From NCBI GenBank assembly GCA_000091205.1, contig AP006492.2: 64,000 nt of DNA; one strand, written 5' to 3'. Position numbers and translations under genes: made by a program. Below, piece after piece: positions 1 through 10,203 of the stretch. Below the pieces are notes generated by a model. That model was not told the DNA's origin, did not search any database, and saw only the letters and a program-made list of their open reading frames with translations. This DNA comes from Cyanidioschyzon merolae (Eukaryota). The stretch's first letter is position 1; every line of letters starts with the position of its first letter.

Positions 1-302
1 TGCTCTGACAGCAGGTTGGCTCGGCGAGTGTCGCGGTGCAGAGGGGGAGACGTCGGGCACCAGCGTCTAGTGCAAGTTCACTGGTACAGAACGCAAAGGT
101 AACGGTGCTTGCTGGAAGCGGTTTGTGCAAACCTCTGTTTGAAATAGGTAGAGCGGTACTCTGATCTGTGCGCTGATCTTGCGGTGCACTGACGAGAGAA
201 AGCTGTGCAAGCGACTCGAGCGTCAACGATTGAGTTTGTGCAGTGCCTGCTGTGTACCGCAGTGAGCTGTGATAAGCCAAGCGGACTGCAGACTCGGAAG
301 TT

Positions 303-809
303 ATGCAGCCGGATAAAGAAGTTCGGGGCACCGAGGCCGTCGATGCGGCCAGCTCCTCGCCATCGCGTGATAATCGCTCCAAGGAGCAGATGATCGAAGA
401 CGCCTTGAACTGCCCGTGTGTAGAGTCACTGAAGGAGGGATCGTGTGGTGGGGCTTTTATCGCTGCGTATCGGTGTTTTTTGGAAAGCGAAGCCGAGCCA
501 CGAGGTTCCGATTGTTATGAGGTGTTCCAGCGGATGCAGGACTGCATGCTCGCACACCCGGACGAGTATCACTTTGACGATCGCGAAGAGGAGGAGGCCG
601 AGTTGGAGCGACGTTCGTCGTCCGTCGAAAACGGCAGGTCGGTTGTGGTGAATCCAGAGCCGCTGCCGGCACCAGCTAGTGCCCCACCTTCAACTGGACG
701 AGATCCCAGTGAATCATTGGAGGGTGCGCGCACTCGAGCTGTTGTTGCGGCAGCGAGCTCCACCGAGGACGGGCAAAGCAAACCCGAGCAGGGCGCTCGT
801 TCGAGATGA
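303..809 (+). CDS. Mia40/CHCHD4-like mitochondrial IMS oxidoreductase
   Basis: ATG at 303. Protein carries the CPC redox motif followed by twin Cx9C ('NCPCVESLKEGSCGGAFIAAYRCFLESEAEPRGSDCYEVFQRMQDCMLAHPDEY'), colinear with Mia40 core 'CPC...GPCG..F..AF.CF....KG.DC...F..MQ.C....P..Y'. Acidic low-complexity C-terminus. Confidence 0.7.
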   Translation: MQPDKEVRGTEAVDAASSSPSRDNRSKEQMIEDALNCPCVESLKEGSCGGAFIAAYRCFLESEAEPRGSDCYEVFQRMQDCMLAHPDEYHFDDREEEEAELERRSSSVENGRSVVVNPEPLPAPASAPPSTGRDPSESLEGARTRAVVAAASSTEDGQSKPEQGARSR

Positions 810-1908
810 GCTTTCTTGAGTGCTTGCTGGCAAGCGCATCGAGTGCGTCGACAGCGGCGGTGCTCTGGTTCCAGAATCCACGTGCCGGTGCCTGGACGAG
901 TGCAGGTCTGAACGGCACTTCTGCGCATCGAGCGCTTCGTTTGCGGGTCTGGAATGCGTCGAAGAGGAAGTTTTTATGATAACGGAGCGTTTACTGGGGA
1001 CAGCGCTCCGCTGCATAGAGTTTTTTGAGGACGCATTCGAGACGATCTTGTTGCTCGAATGGTGCTCCTGCGCGGAACTGCATGTGCGTTTCCTTGCGTG
1101 TCGTCGGGGTCGAATCTCGGGTGAGCACTATGGTGCCCCCTCCCGAGTCGTCGTCTGGAAGCTACGGCTGCCAAGCGCTCGGTTCTTTGAATCTTTGTCT
1201 GCTGTATTCGCGTGCTGCAACGAACGAGCAGCGAGAAGCTTGATTTTTCGTTCGAAGAGCGGTCTGCACTCGCCATGGTGCCCATGTATGCAATCTCGCG
1301 CGAGGCTGCTGCACATGGCGCGCAGAGCGCTTCGTTGGCGTGGATACCGACTTGAGTTGTTGCACGCGACGAATGAGTCCGGCGCATGGGGGCACCCAGC
1401 ATGCAACTGGCGTCAGGCGGGCATCCCGCTGTGCCCCGATGTTCGTGCTAGGTACCAGAGCATTGGAGCGAAGGCTTTTCTCTGGTCAGCATGGTCTATG
1501 CGACGGAACGTCGACGGCTGTGTTCTGTACCTCATACGGTGGCGGAAGGTGTGCGCCCATACTCGGGGTTTTCTACATACGGGAGTATCGTTGGCTTCAA
1601 CGGCACGATGACATATGCTTCGGGATATGGTCCTGGAAGAAGCTGGAAACGGGACTATATGCCCACAACAACTGCTATGAGTGCAAGTCAAGATCTCAGG
1701 GCGTGCCCCCATTGGAGCAGCATCACTTGCCAGCTACGATTTGATCACGCCTGCGGGATGCAGCGAATGGCTGAAGCGCAGTTTCTCATGCTAGAGCATT
1801 CGCTTGTAAACAGATGTGTCGAATGCCTGCTTTTACGGGCTTCTGTCATGGAGAAAAGGTTCTCAAATCGTCATTCGGACGATGACGCAGCGTCAAGAAG
1901 CCCGCCCG

Positions 1909-3182
1909 TTAGCAGTTGCGCGCAGAGCCGAAGCGCATCCTAGACTCTTTAGCATCAAATTCTGGAAGACCAGCATTGTTCACCAGCACGCTCGGAAAGT
2001 TGTTCCCGATGTATAGATACGGTGCTCCATTCTTGATGGATTGCTGAACCGACCCAAACCAATGCCTTGCTCCGGACGGAAATCCGCTGGTCTCTCTCCT
2101 CGCCACTGAAATCTTTTTTTCAAGGAAAGTCTTCAGCGTTTCTGCACAATGCGCTGACCAGGGACGAAACGATCGCCTCGAGCATTCTCACAATACAAAG
2201 CCGCTGGACGCTCAGGAAGCATGAAACATTTCGGGATGTTGTTCGAGGCGGTCAAGTCTCTGTGCAGTACGTGCTTGTACGCATAATCGAGGATGCAATC
2301 ACAGCATAGCGAGCCACTCGATTTCAATTGCCCTCGCCGGCTGACGTTTGTTCCGCTTACCGCACACCATCTCGTGTATTCGTCAAGGTTTTACGCTCCT
2401 GTTCTCGGCCAGTGTCAGCGTGCACCCCTGCTCTTTACCCGTGCATGTCAACATGAACGCATCAATAGGAAGCATCGGGATTGAATCGTGCTTTCGTTGG
2501 ATACTCTCGTCAATGGAGCGGGAATGCAATTATTTGGAAGCTGCAGCACGACCAGCGCCGCAGAATACCGCCAAGGGTGCCAAGCATTGGTCATTTTCAT
2601 CTCATAGCGATTGAACAAGTACGCGAAAGCACGCTTCTTTCATCCGCACAACCGAATGCGCTTTTATGCACTCGCACCAAAGATGTTCCGCATGAGCCAT
2701 TCGGACATGCGTGGCCTCTCTTAAGCTTACGTTCAAGACATTCGCGTGTTTCAGACACGTTGCTCAAAGCGTCGACATTTGGCCATAAATCCGCCATTCC
2801 ACGTGCTCGTATGCGTGCTGGCATCCATCGTGCCTGACTCTCGATGGTGCCGTACCCTGGAAAGTCATGTCTTATTGCATCTTCTGTCCAGATCATCAGT
2901 TTTCGCACGTAGGTTTCTGTCGATAAATCCCCGAGGAATGTGAGAAGCTGGCATCCCTGCGTCCAGAACACCTATAAATCGTTGCCTGGTTAGCTCTGCC
3001 CAGGCGAGCGAAGCTTGGCGTGCCTTTCTCGTGGAAGACGCTGCGTCAACTTTCATGATGTCCTGCACGCTGCTTTTTGGTAGATTTTGCCCGTCGCTTT
3101 GTCTAGGTAGCGATGCCCTGAAACCCGATGCAGACTGGTCATAGCGCTCTGGCAGGTTGTCATTCCTGGCCTTACACTTCAT
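1909..3182 (-). pseudogene. Decayed protein-kinase-like fragment (several frames)
   Basis: Minus-strand ORF pieces contain 'LDYAYKHVLHRDLTASNNI' (kinase catalytic-loop HRDLxxxN-like) and a downstream 'ARHWFGSV' (subdomain IX-like), split across frames in a lower-GC, otherwise ORF-poor stretch. Confidence 0.2.
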
Positions 3183-4424
3183 TGTTCAGCTGCATCTTCT
3201 TCTGTTTGGATTGCTTGCTTTTACTCCTTCTCCTCTACTTGATGTGCTTCCATAGTTGTGATTGTTATACTTCGCACCCGTTTCCTCTCGGAACTTAGAC
3301 GTACAGGGTAGACGGTTGCACTGGAACCCGTCTTTTTCATCTATGAGCGGATCTAGCGTTCCTCAGGTTCCATGTCGTTAACTCCGCCATGGCGAGCACG
3401 CCCACGGACTCTCGCGCACCTGTACGCTCGCTCTGGTGCACGAGCACACAACCAATGGTTCAGCCCAGAGCGGACAACGGTAGATAACGACGTGTCGAAG
3501 CGCCTATTTGGCCCAGATGCGAACGGCCCGTGTACTGATCCGCCCGCGTAAAACTGGCGTTTGAGAACAGAGAAGACGTCTTTGACTCCACCGAACCAGG
3601 ACAGCTGGACTGGAACAAAGAGCAGTTCGACGTACCGATAAGCTGCAAAGTCCCGGGCTGCTTTTGAGCAGCGCAAGGCGGCGGCGTCGAAGAGCAGGGC
3701 ACAAGTACATGGTAAGGAGAATTCATGGGATGCCTCGACGAAGAATGAAGTGATGAATGATGACGTCCGTTTTGCGATTCGTAGGCGGTCACACAATCGC
3801 ATTCCCTCCAGGGATGATGTTGTTATCAAGAGGCTCGCTTGTGTCTTTTCTACGAACGGCGGTCTGCCGCTCTCTGAGTACTAACGTACGAATCTGCCAT
3901 TCCTCCCGAATGCCGTTTCATCGAGTGAGACGAATGCCCGTGCTTCCTTTCATTTGCATTCGCGTTTCACGACAAAGTCAATGGTGCGTTGTTCAGCGCG
4001 CGATGCTATTCGATAGAATCGCGCATTTTTCTTTATCCATCCGTTTCTCTTGATTGCCGATTATATATGAAAGTCACAGAAGCTTCGTCCCCAATAGGTT
4101 CTTCAGTATGGTTTCTTATAAACCGCATTTAGTGGAATGGATGAACCTTTAGACAGAGTTTGACAAGTTCTTTCTAAGGCGGACGATGTTCAGGATAAGA
4201 ACTACGCACAGAGTGGTGTATCCACTTGCCCACAGTGGCATAACGAACTTGCAAAAGTAAATCCGTTTCCTCCAAGCCAGCGCCGACTGCGCAGTATCCT
4301 TCCGCATCATTTCCGCGTCTACTAGATACATGCTATCTTTGGAACCGTTCAATGAAAACAAACAAACAAACAAAGCGAAGAAGGATGCACAGATACAGAC
4401 GTCCCAGAATGCACTGACCTGGGT

Positions 4425-5381
4425 TTGATCTCCTTGCGCGCACCCTGGTCACGACGCCTGGCGGTATGCCGCTGGTGCTTCAGCTGCTTTCTGGTGTCGC
4501 AGCGGACCGACGGATGCGTCGGTGACACCACCCGAACGATGAACGTATGGTTGCTTGGCAGAGGAGAGCTTCGACGCCGTCACGATGACGTGCTCCAGCT
4601 GGAAAGAGCTTTCCTGACGGACCGCACTGGCCTGCACTTTGTGAACGCGCGAAGCTCCGAGGACCTTCTTGCTCTTGCGGAATCCAGACGTGCGGAACAG
4701 CAGTGGCCAGTGCTTGACGCTGAATGGATATCACCGGTGGGCACCGATACCTGTGACGACCTGGTCTGGCAGAACCTTGAAAGCACGCTGGATGGCCGAC
4801 CGGATACGTTCTATTCGACGGCAGGCTTTGAGGCCGGCAACACGCTCAGTGGCACTGGTGAGCTTGCCCCAGGCGAGGCGTTCCTAGCGTATCGCTTTTG
4901 GCGCCCAGTTCGAGTGTACGCGGTTCAGCTGCGTGCATTCCAAGCGGACTTTCACCCTGGTCGGCCGGTCTATCCGTTTCAGGTGGCACGAGTGGGTGTA
5001 GGCTGTAGTCTACAGGCCGGTATGTCGCTGAGCTACGGTGCAGACGCGTCGGCGCCGGGCACCTCTTGCAACTATCGGTGTTTCTGCACCACTGAACAAC
5101 AGACCTTGGTTTTCGACGACCCGATGGTGGGTGTCTACCTTGTCATTTGCCTGAAAGGTTTTCCACAACAACAGCTAACTGATCGTCTGCACTACGCTGC
5201 TGTGTCGGGGATTCGAGTTTTCGGAGAACCTATCTCATCTCCAGCGCTGGAGAACGAGCTTTCGTGCCTTATATCCAGAGGATTCATACTAGATGGTCGA
5301 GATGCAGCTAGGTGGCTGGATCTACGCAGCGCGCAAGAGCACGCGGCACCGATGCATATTCCAGAAGACGAAGTCATTTGA
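4425..5381 (+). CDS. Hypothetical protein with galactose-binding/DOC (APC10)-like C-terminal region
   Basis: 318-aa ORF. Its C-terminal part ('...VYLVICLKGFPQQQLTDRLHYAAVSGIRVFGEP') resembles the end of DOC/APC10 discoidin-like domains ('...THIRQIKIYGP'). The true start is uncertain. Confidence 0.35.
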   Translation: MISLRAPWSRRLAVCRWCFSCFLVSQRTDGCVGDTTRTMNVWLLGRGELRRRHDDVLQLERAFLTDRTGLHFVNARSSEDLLALAESRRAEQQWPVLDAEWISPVGTDTCDDLVWQNLESTLDGRPDTFYSTAGFEAGNTLSGTGELAPGEAFLAYRFWRPVRVYAVQLRAFQADFHPGRPVYPFQVARVGVGCSLQAGMSLSYGADASAPGTSCNYRCFCTTEQQTLVFDDPMVGVYLVICLKGFPQQQLTDRLHYAAVSGIRVFGEPISSPALENELSCLISRGFILDGRDAARWLDLRSAQEHAAPMHIPEDEVI

Positions 5382-6277
5382 GCGAGATGCCGCTCACGTG
5401 CAGTACATTATTGTTCTGGGTGGCTGGCTCTGAGCATCTGTACGGTAGGCTTGCGGGATATTGTCGAAAGAAAGAGGGCGATCACTGTTTCGATGCGTAC
5501 GGTTTCGGCGCTGCGGCTTCGTTTGGGATCCACGCCAACGCACCCGCAGCCGATGCCCAGGTGACTCTTGCGAATGAGCGACCCGCGAGTTTCCGCAGAG
5601 TGATGATGCGTTCTGCGAACTGCGAACGATGTTGTGCAAGCGAGCCACTCTGGAGGTTTTATCTTGTATTGGTTGTTGTCGCGGTCTGGAGCATGTGGCC
5701 AGTACCAGATCGTCACGCCTTGTCTGCATCGAGATGCGCATTCCAGGCATACGACGCGGTATGAAACCGCGCGGAGCCGTTGCAATGCATCGCAGATGGG
5801 ATGTTTTGTATATTCTGGTAACGACGCTGAGGGATGCTGCTGTTGCTGCTGCGTTTGCATGTGAGGGCTACTAACGCCGTCGCCTCCGTGCCCTGGCAGG
5901 AGTCCCGGCAGCGCACCTTCATGTATTTGTGCCCAGATACTTAGGCAAGATGACCAGAGCAGATTGGATCAAAAGCTCACTCGGATAAAATGCCAAGTGC
6001 ATTGCTCATGGGACAGCCCGCACTTGGCGTATGCCGGCGCATACGCTTCGCGCTCGTGCAGCACCGAGGTTGGCACATGCTCTCTTTCGAATAATCCTTG
6101 CGATCGGTCGCGCTGTTGACGTTGCGAAGTTCTCTATGAACAGCATCCTTGGGGTTCACTCGAGCGTTCAAACAGCTTCCTTGGCCCGAAATGCTCGCCA
6201 TCTGGACTCAAGCACCAGGATAAAGATGAAAGTTCCATTGCTCCGAAGTGCTCAGCGGCTCGAAACCAGAATCTGTA

Positions 6278-6907
6278 TCATCTAGCGGTTCCTCGGTACC
6301 GTTCCCGAAACATGCTTTTTACGCGCCATACACGCCAACCAAGGGTGCTGAACAGCACCATCATTTCGACCAAGGTCATGACTCGGAGCCGACGCATGCT
6401 CTGTCGCAGTTTGCCCTTCGTTCGTAGGTCTTCGTGTAACGCGTGTTGCGCACGATACTTCAGGTCCTCCAGGGTTTGCGCCAGCGTTAAAACAGAGCGC
6501 TCAAACCGTTTCAGCTGACCTTTTTTCAACAACGCCTCTAGCTCTGGGAAGTGCGGGGCGCTGATTCCGAACCGTACGCTCGCTGCGGGTGGCTCCGCAA
6601 CCCAGCAGAAACAGTAGTCCCCATCGTCAGGCGCCTGGAAAACAAGCTCTGCAGCAGGCCCTTTGGCAGTTTCTAACCGTTTCCGTCCGTCAAGGGTACT
6701 GACCCATGCACGTACTCGCGTTCGTTCCCACTGAAGCGGATAGAACGCCGCCCTTACCCTTTGACCAGTATAGAGACTCTCAAGGACACACGTCTCGGTT
6801 GTGGAGCTGGAGCTCTTCGGATCGAATATAAGCGCGAGCCCCTCGAAAGCCAATAGAAATAGGATAAACAAACAACTTGATGCAATCTTCTTCGACCTCG
6901 CCGTCAT
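6278..6907 (-). CDS. p24/TMED (emp24/GOLD domain) cargo receptor
   Basis: Probable ATG at 6907 ('MTARSKKIASSCLFILFLLAFEGLA' signal peptide). GOLD-like beta region, coiled coil, then a C-terminal TM plus short tail ('MTLVEMMVLFSTLGWRVWRVKSMF'), the typical TMED architecture. The ORF-track extension up to 7015 is upstream sequence, not coding. Confidence 0.7.
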   Translation of the reverse strand: MTARSKKIASSCLFILFLLAFEGLALIFDPKSSSSTTETCVLESLYTGQRVRAAFYPLQWERTRVRAWVSTLDGRKRLETAKGPAAELVFQAPDDGDYCFCWVAEPPAASVRFGISAPHFPELEALLKKGQLKRFERSVLTLAQTLEDLKYRAQHALHEDLRTKGKLRQSMRRLRVMTLVEMMVLFSTLGWRVWRVKSMFRERYRGTAR

Positions 6908-6979
6908 ATTGTAGCTGCGGAGGCGCGCTTTTCTGTTTCGATCCGTGTTGGTAACGCGTGTGCGTATGCGTGTGTGTTT

Positions 6980-9490
6980 GCACGTGCACGCCCGACACCG
7001 CCAAACGTCTTTCAAAAGAAAAACGGTGTCACCGGCGGTGTAGAGGCGGCGAAACCCGCCTTAGACTAGACGTCATTAACTAACTTGCAGACGCCTCCCC
7101 GTCTTTTTCGACCGGCCACCCACTACTGCTTCCCATTTCTTCTCATATAGTTCCACTTTCAGTGACTGTCCAACAAAGAGCTCTCTTGTCTGCTCTGGAG
7201 GTCTTGTCTCCAGCACCGCTCATTTCCTTATATTGATGGCAGCATTAAAGTCGCGGTTCACAAACTCCATACGTTTCTTGCCATCACTGGTTGCACTTAC
7301 TAATGCAAAGAGTCCACGAACTTTCGCCCTCCTTTCCATTAGCTCCTCCGTCAGCGGTCCGTACTTTGCTATGTCCTTAGGGCTCCGCTGGCACATTTTC
7401 ATCTCGACCCTCTGAAGTTTACAACCCAGCTCATGGTGTGTATAAGATGTTCGGAACTCGTCTGCAGGTATTGTAACAAAACGCCGTGCACACTCCTTGT
7501 ACGTTCTCGTCGTTGGAGCTGGCGGAGTCCCTTTTTGGGTCATCCAGTGCACCGCTCTGTGCGCTACGACGAGCCTTTGAGTCTTGTCCTCTTTCGAGGC
7601 GCTCAACTCATGGAAAAAGTTCGCGAATGCACGCTGCTTTCCACAATACAGATTCATACACAGACGAGCTCACATGGGCTTTGTATACTCCTCCCACAGC
7701 GCCTCCCAATGAGCAACACGAACTTCCATGAATTTCCGAAAAGCTGTAAAGTCCGCTCCTCGGCTCGTCACCTCGCTCATAGCTTCCAGGTGCTCTTTCA
7801 TTCCTGAATTCCACGTCTCAGTTTTCTTCCTCGCATTCATGGTTCCCGATTCCCGGTAATATCTCGCATTCGAGAGCTTGAACACACGCATGTCTTTCTG
7901 ACGTAATTTGCCGTCAGTACCGTCTTCCGCACGCTTGGGTGCAGCAAGGGCTAGGATGTTCGTGCTCCCAGGGTCAAGGCCAACGACCAAGTCGTTCTCC
8001 TGCACCTCCTGCGTCGCAGGAACTGTCTCCTTGTTTTCTCCATGCTTCGTCACGGGCGAAGCCGAAGGCATGATAGGATGATCCGCATTCAAGCGCCGAC
8101 ACTGTAAGCATATGGATACCCCATCGATATGGATGATCCCTGTGAATGCTTTTTTCGTGCTCGTATTGAGACGTTTGAAATAGAAGATAGTCTTCCAATG
8201 AGTCTCCCGGTTATCGCCGGTGAACTCTATCTGCCTTACATCGAATTCCAGACTGATCTCCATCATGATGCCGTAAAGGACTCTGGAGTCGATCGTCACG
8301 AAGCATGACTTGACGTTGCACAACTGAAAGACGTTGAAGCACTTGCCCTGAAGCGCAGTCTTCCGTTTCACCGACTCTTCACGTTTTCCCCGCTCAGCTC
8401 CATCTACGCCTTGCGTTCGAATTCTCGGTTCAGGAGCACGATATAGCGCAGGATGAGGGGATAACATCTTTTTTCATATCTGATACCCTCTCTGCTCGAT
8501 CGACCTGCCCCAAGACTGCACGATGCTCTTTAATAGCCGGACGGATTACAGAAGCTTCGTTTCTGCTTCGGCGTGACGTCTTCTCGTCGAAAAATTCGAT
8601 CTGCTGTTCGTGCTGGCGATAAGTCCTGATTTCATTGATGCTAGCCCACATCCCCTGGCGAGAGAGGTCGGGGTTCAGCGCAAACATAGTGCGTATCATG
8701 AAACGTTCGAAGTTCACGATCATATGGTTCTTCAGGTCCGTGAGGTACTTAATTGCCCCGCAGGTGTATATATTCGAGTCACGCTCGTGTCGAGTGCCGT
8801 CGAAGCGGAATTTGGAGCGATTTGCATGGAGGGCATGCGGTCGCTCAGTTTCCGTCGACGTTTCCTCTGTGCCAAGCCTCAGGTGACGAATAAAGGCCTG
8901 GTCGAAAAATTCTTCCGGAACCTGGACTGTTTTCATGTGCGTCACGTCCCGAAACATCTCCTTCACCAAATGCACTAGCCATGACGAAGCCTTTATAAAA
9001 CTCATAGAGTACGACTCGACGCAGTTTCTAATGGCGTCTCGTAACTTTTCCTCGTACGGATCCTTGATATGTCGACGAAGACAGGCTTTCGCCACCATCT
9101 CGTCGTACTGTCATCTTGCTCGCAGCCTTTGTCGTAGGGCCCCCTGCCTCAGCTTTTTCGTCTTTTCCAGTTCCTTTTTGCTCTGGCTGCCGGCGACTAC
9201 AGCCCTCAAAGATCCTCCACTTTCATTTCCATAACTCTTCTTTTTTTATGTTTTTGAGCAAAAACACACTTTGAACGCTTCTGCTATAAACCGCGAATAG
9301 TCACTTGAATCCACTCCCATGAGGGTCAAAGCACAATTGAACTGAAAAACTCTACCTTGCTACGACTTGAAAGCAAATACAACTTGCACGTTAGAACTAC
9401 AGATCAACGAATAGTCAGGATTGCGTTCCCTTTCAACGGCGATACGCGCGTCGTGTCTCATGGATGCCAGAGCTCTCGGGTGCGCGTATC
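6980..9490 (-). mobile_element. Fanzor/TnpB-like element, copy A (~2.5 kb)
   Basis: Alignable with copies B, C and D from the right end (~85 nt past the protein stop; homology with B ends about 6980) to the left end (about 9485). Carries the TnpB/Fanzor-like ORF listed below. Confidence 0.6.
7063..9098 (-). pseudogene. Fanzor1/TnpB-like RuvC nuclease ORF, copy A (~630 aa, interrupted)
   Basis: ATG at 9098, with an in-frame TGA four codons upstream. RuvC-I 'NDLVVGLDPGSTNILALA'. Cys/His cluster 'KECARRF...HHELGCKLQRVEMKMC'. RuvC-III 'KKRMEFVNRDFNAAINIRK'. Defects: one frameshift near 8430-8467; in-frame TGA at 7670-7672 aligned to Trp (TGG) in copy B; TGA at 7220-7222 directly after 'NIRK'; TAATGA near the conserved C-terminal extension. 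The shared stop TAA at 7063-7065 matches copy B. Confidence 0.6.
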
Positions 9491-10203
9491 GGCCACGCTA
9501 TGTAGAACAAAGAACAGAGACTCACTACTAACTCGCAACGAGATAACAATTTCTTTTCCCCACTATGATAAATGTTAAAAGTGGGCAACGGTTTCCGCAC
9601 TGTCGAACGTTTACCTTCTCGGCGGAAGGTCCCACGAGCCAGACGAGTCTGCCGGGCTAGTGCTTCGTGCACAAGCGAGCGACGAGTTCAGTGGCGAGAC
9701 CTGAGCAGCTCGTCCGCAACGTAGTTTATTCTGGGACTAGGATCGGGTAGCCTGCGTCTGGGCGTCACTCTTGTTGCAGTGGCCTCCTAGTATATCAATT
9801 CGGATTGCCGCCTGTACTAGGTCCGTCTGCGCTGCTTGCAGGCTCCCAGAATGATTATGAATCCCAGATCCCCATCAGGTGAAGCTTTCCTCGATCCGAC
9901 GCCCTCTGTGGTTTGGCAACGCCGTTCTGCCTCCCTGCAGCATCTGCCCAGAGGTTTAGGCGCCATCGCCGATGCTCAAAGCAGGCAATCGGCACACGAT
10001 AGAACATACGAAACGACCAGTACATCCGAGAGAAAGTATAAGTAATGGAACTAGAAGACAGGGCACAGCATAATAAGTGTCTTCCCGTTTGCCTGTGACG
10101 ATCCCGCAATCTGGGATCCATGGACCATAGAGACAATGTACAACCATGAAAAATACGGCCCAAGAGGCAGCCAGCGCATCCTTTTTGACCGTTATGTACA
10201 TAA

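Noticed and set aside
820-1611. 263-aa ORF immediately after the Mia40 gene
   Set aside because: Cys/Arg/Trp/Leu-rich composition typical of random open frames in GC-rich DNA. An equally long antisense ORF overlaps it. No motif was found. It is not reported as a gene.
7667-7672. TGA read as Trp (genetic-code variant), suggested by TGA aligning with TGG between Fanzor copies
   Set aside because: PGK (24187-24189) and several other well-supported host genes terminate at TGA. Copy A also has TAA and TGC-to-TGA changes. Simple nonsense decay explains these better.
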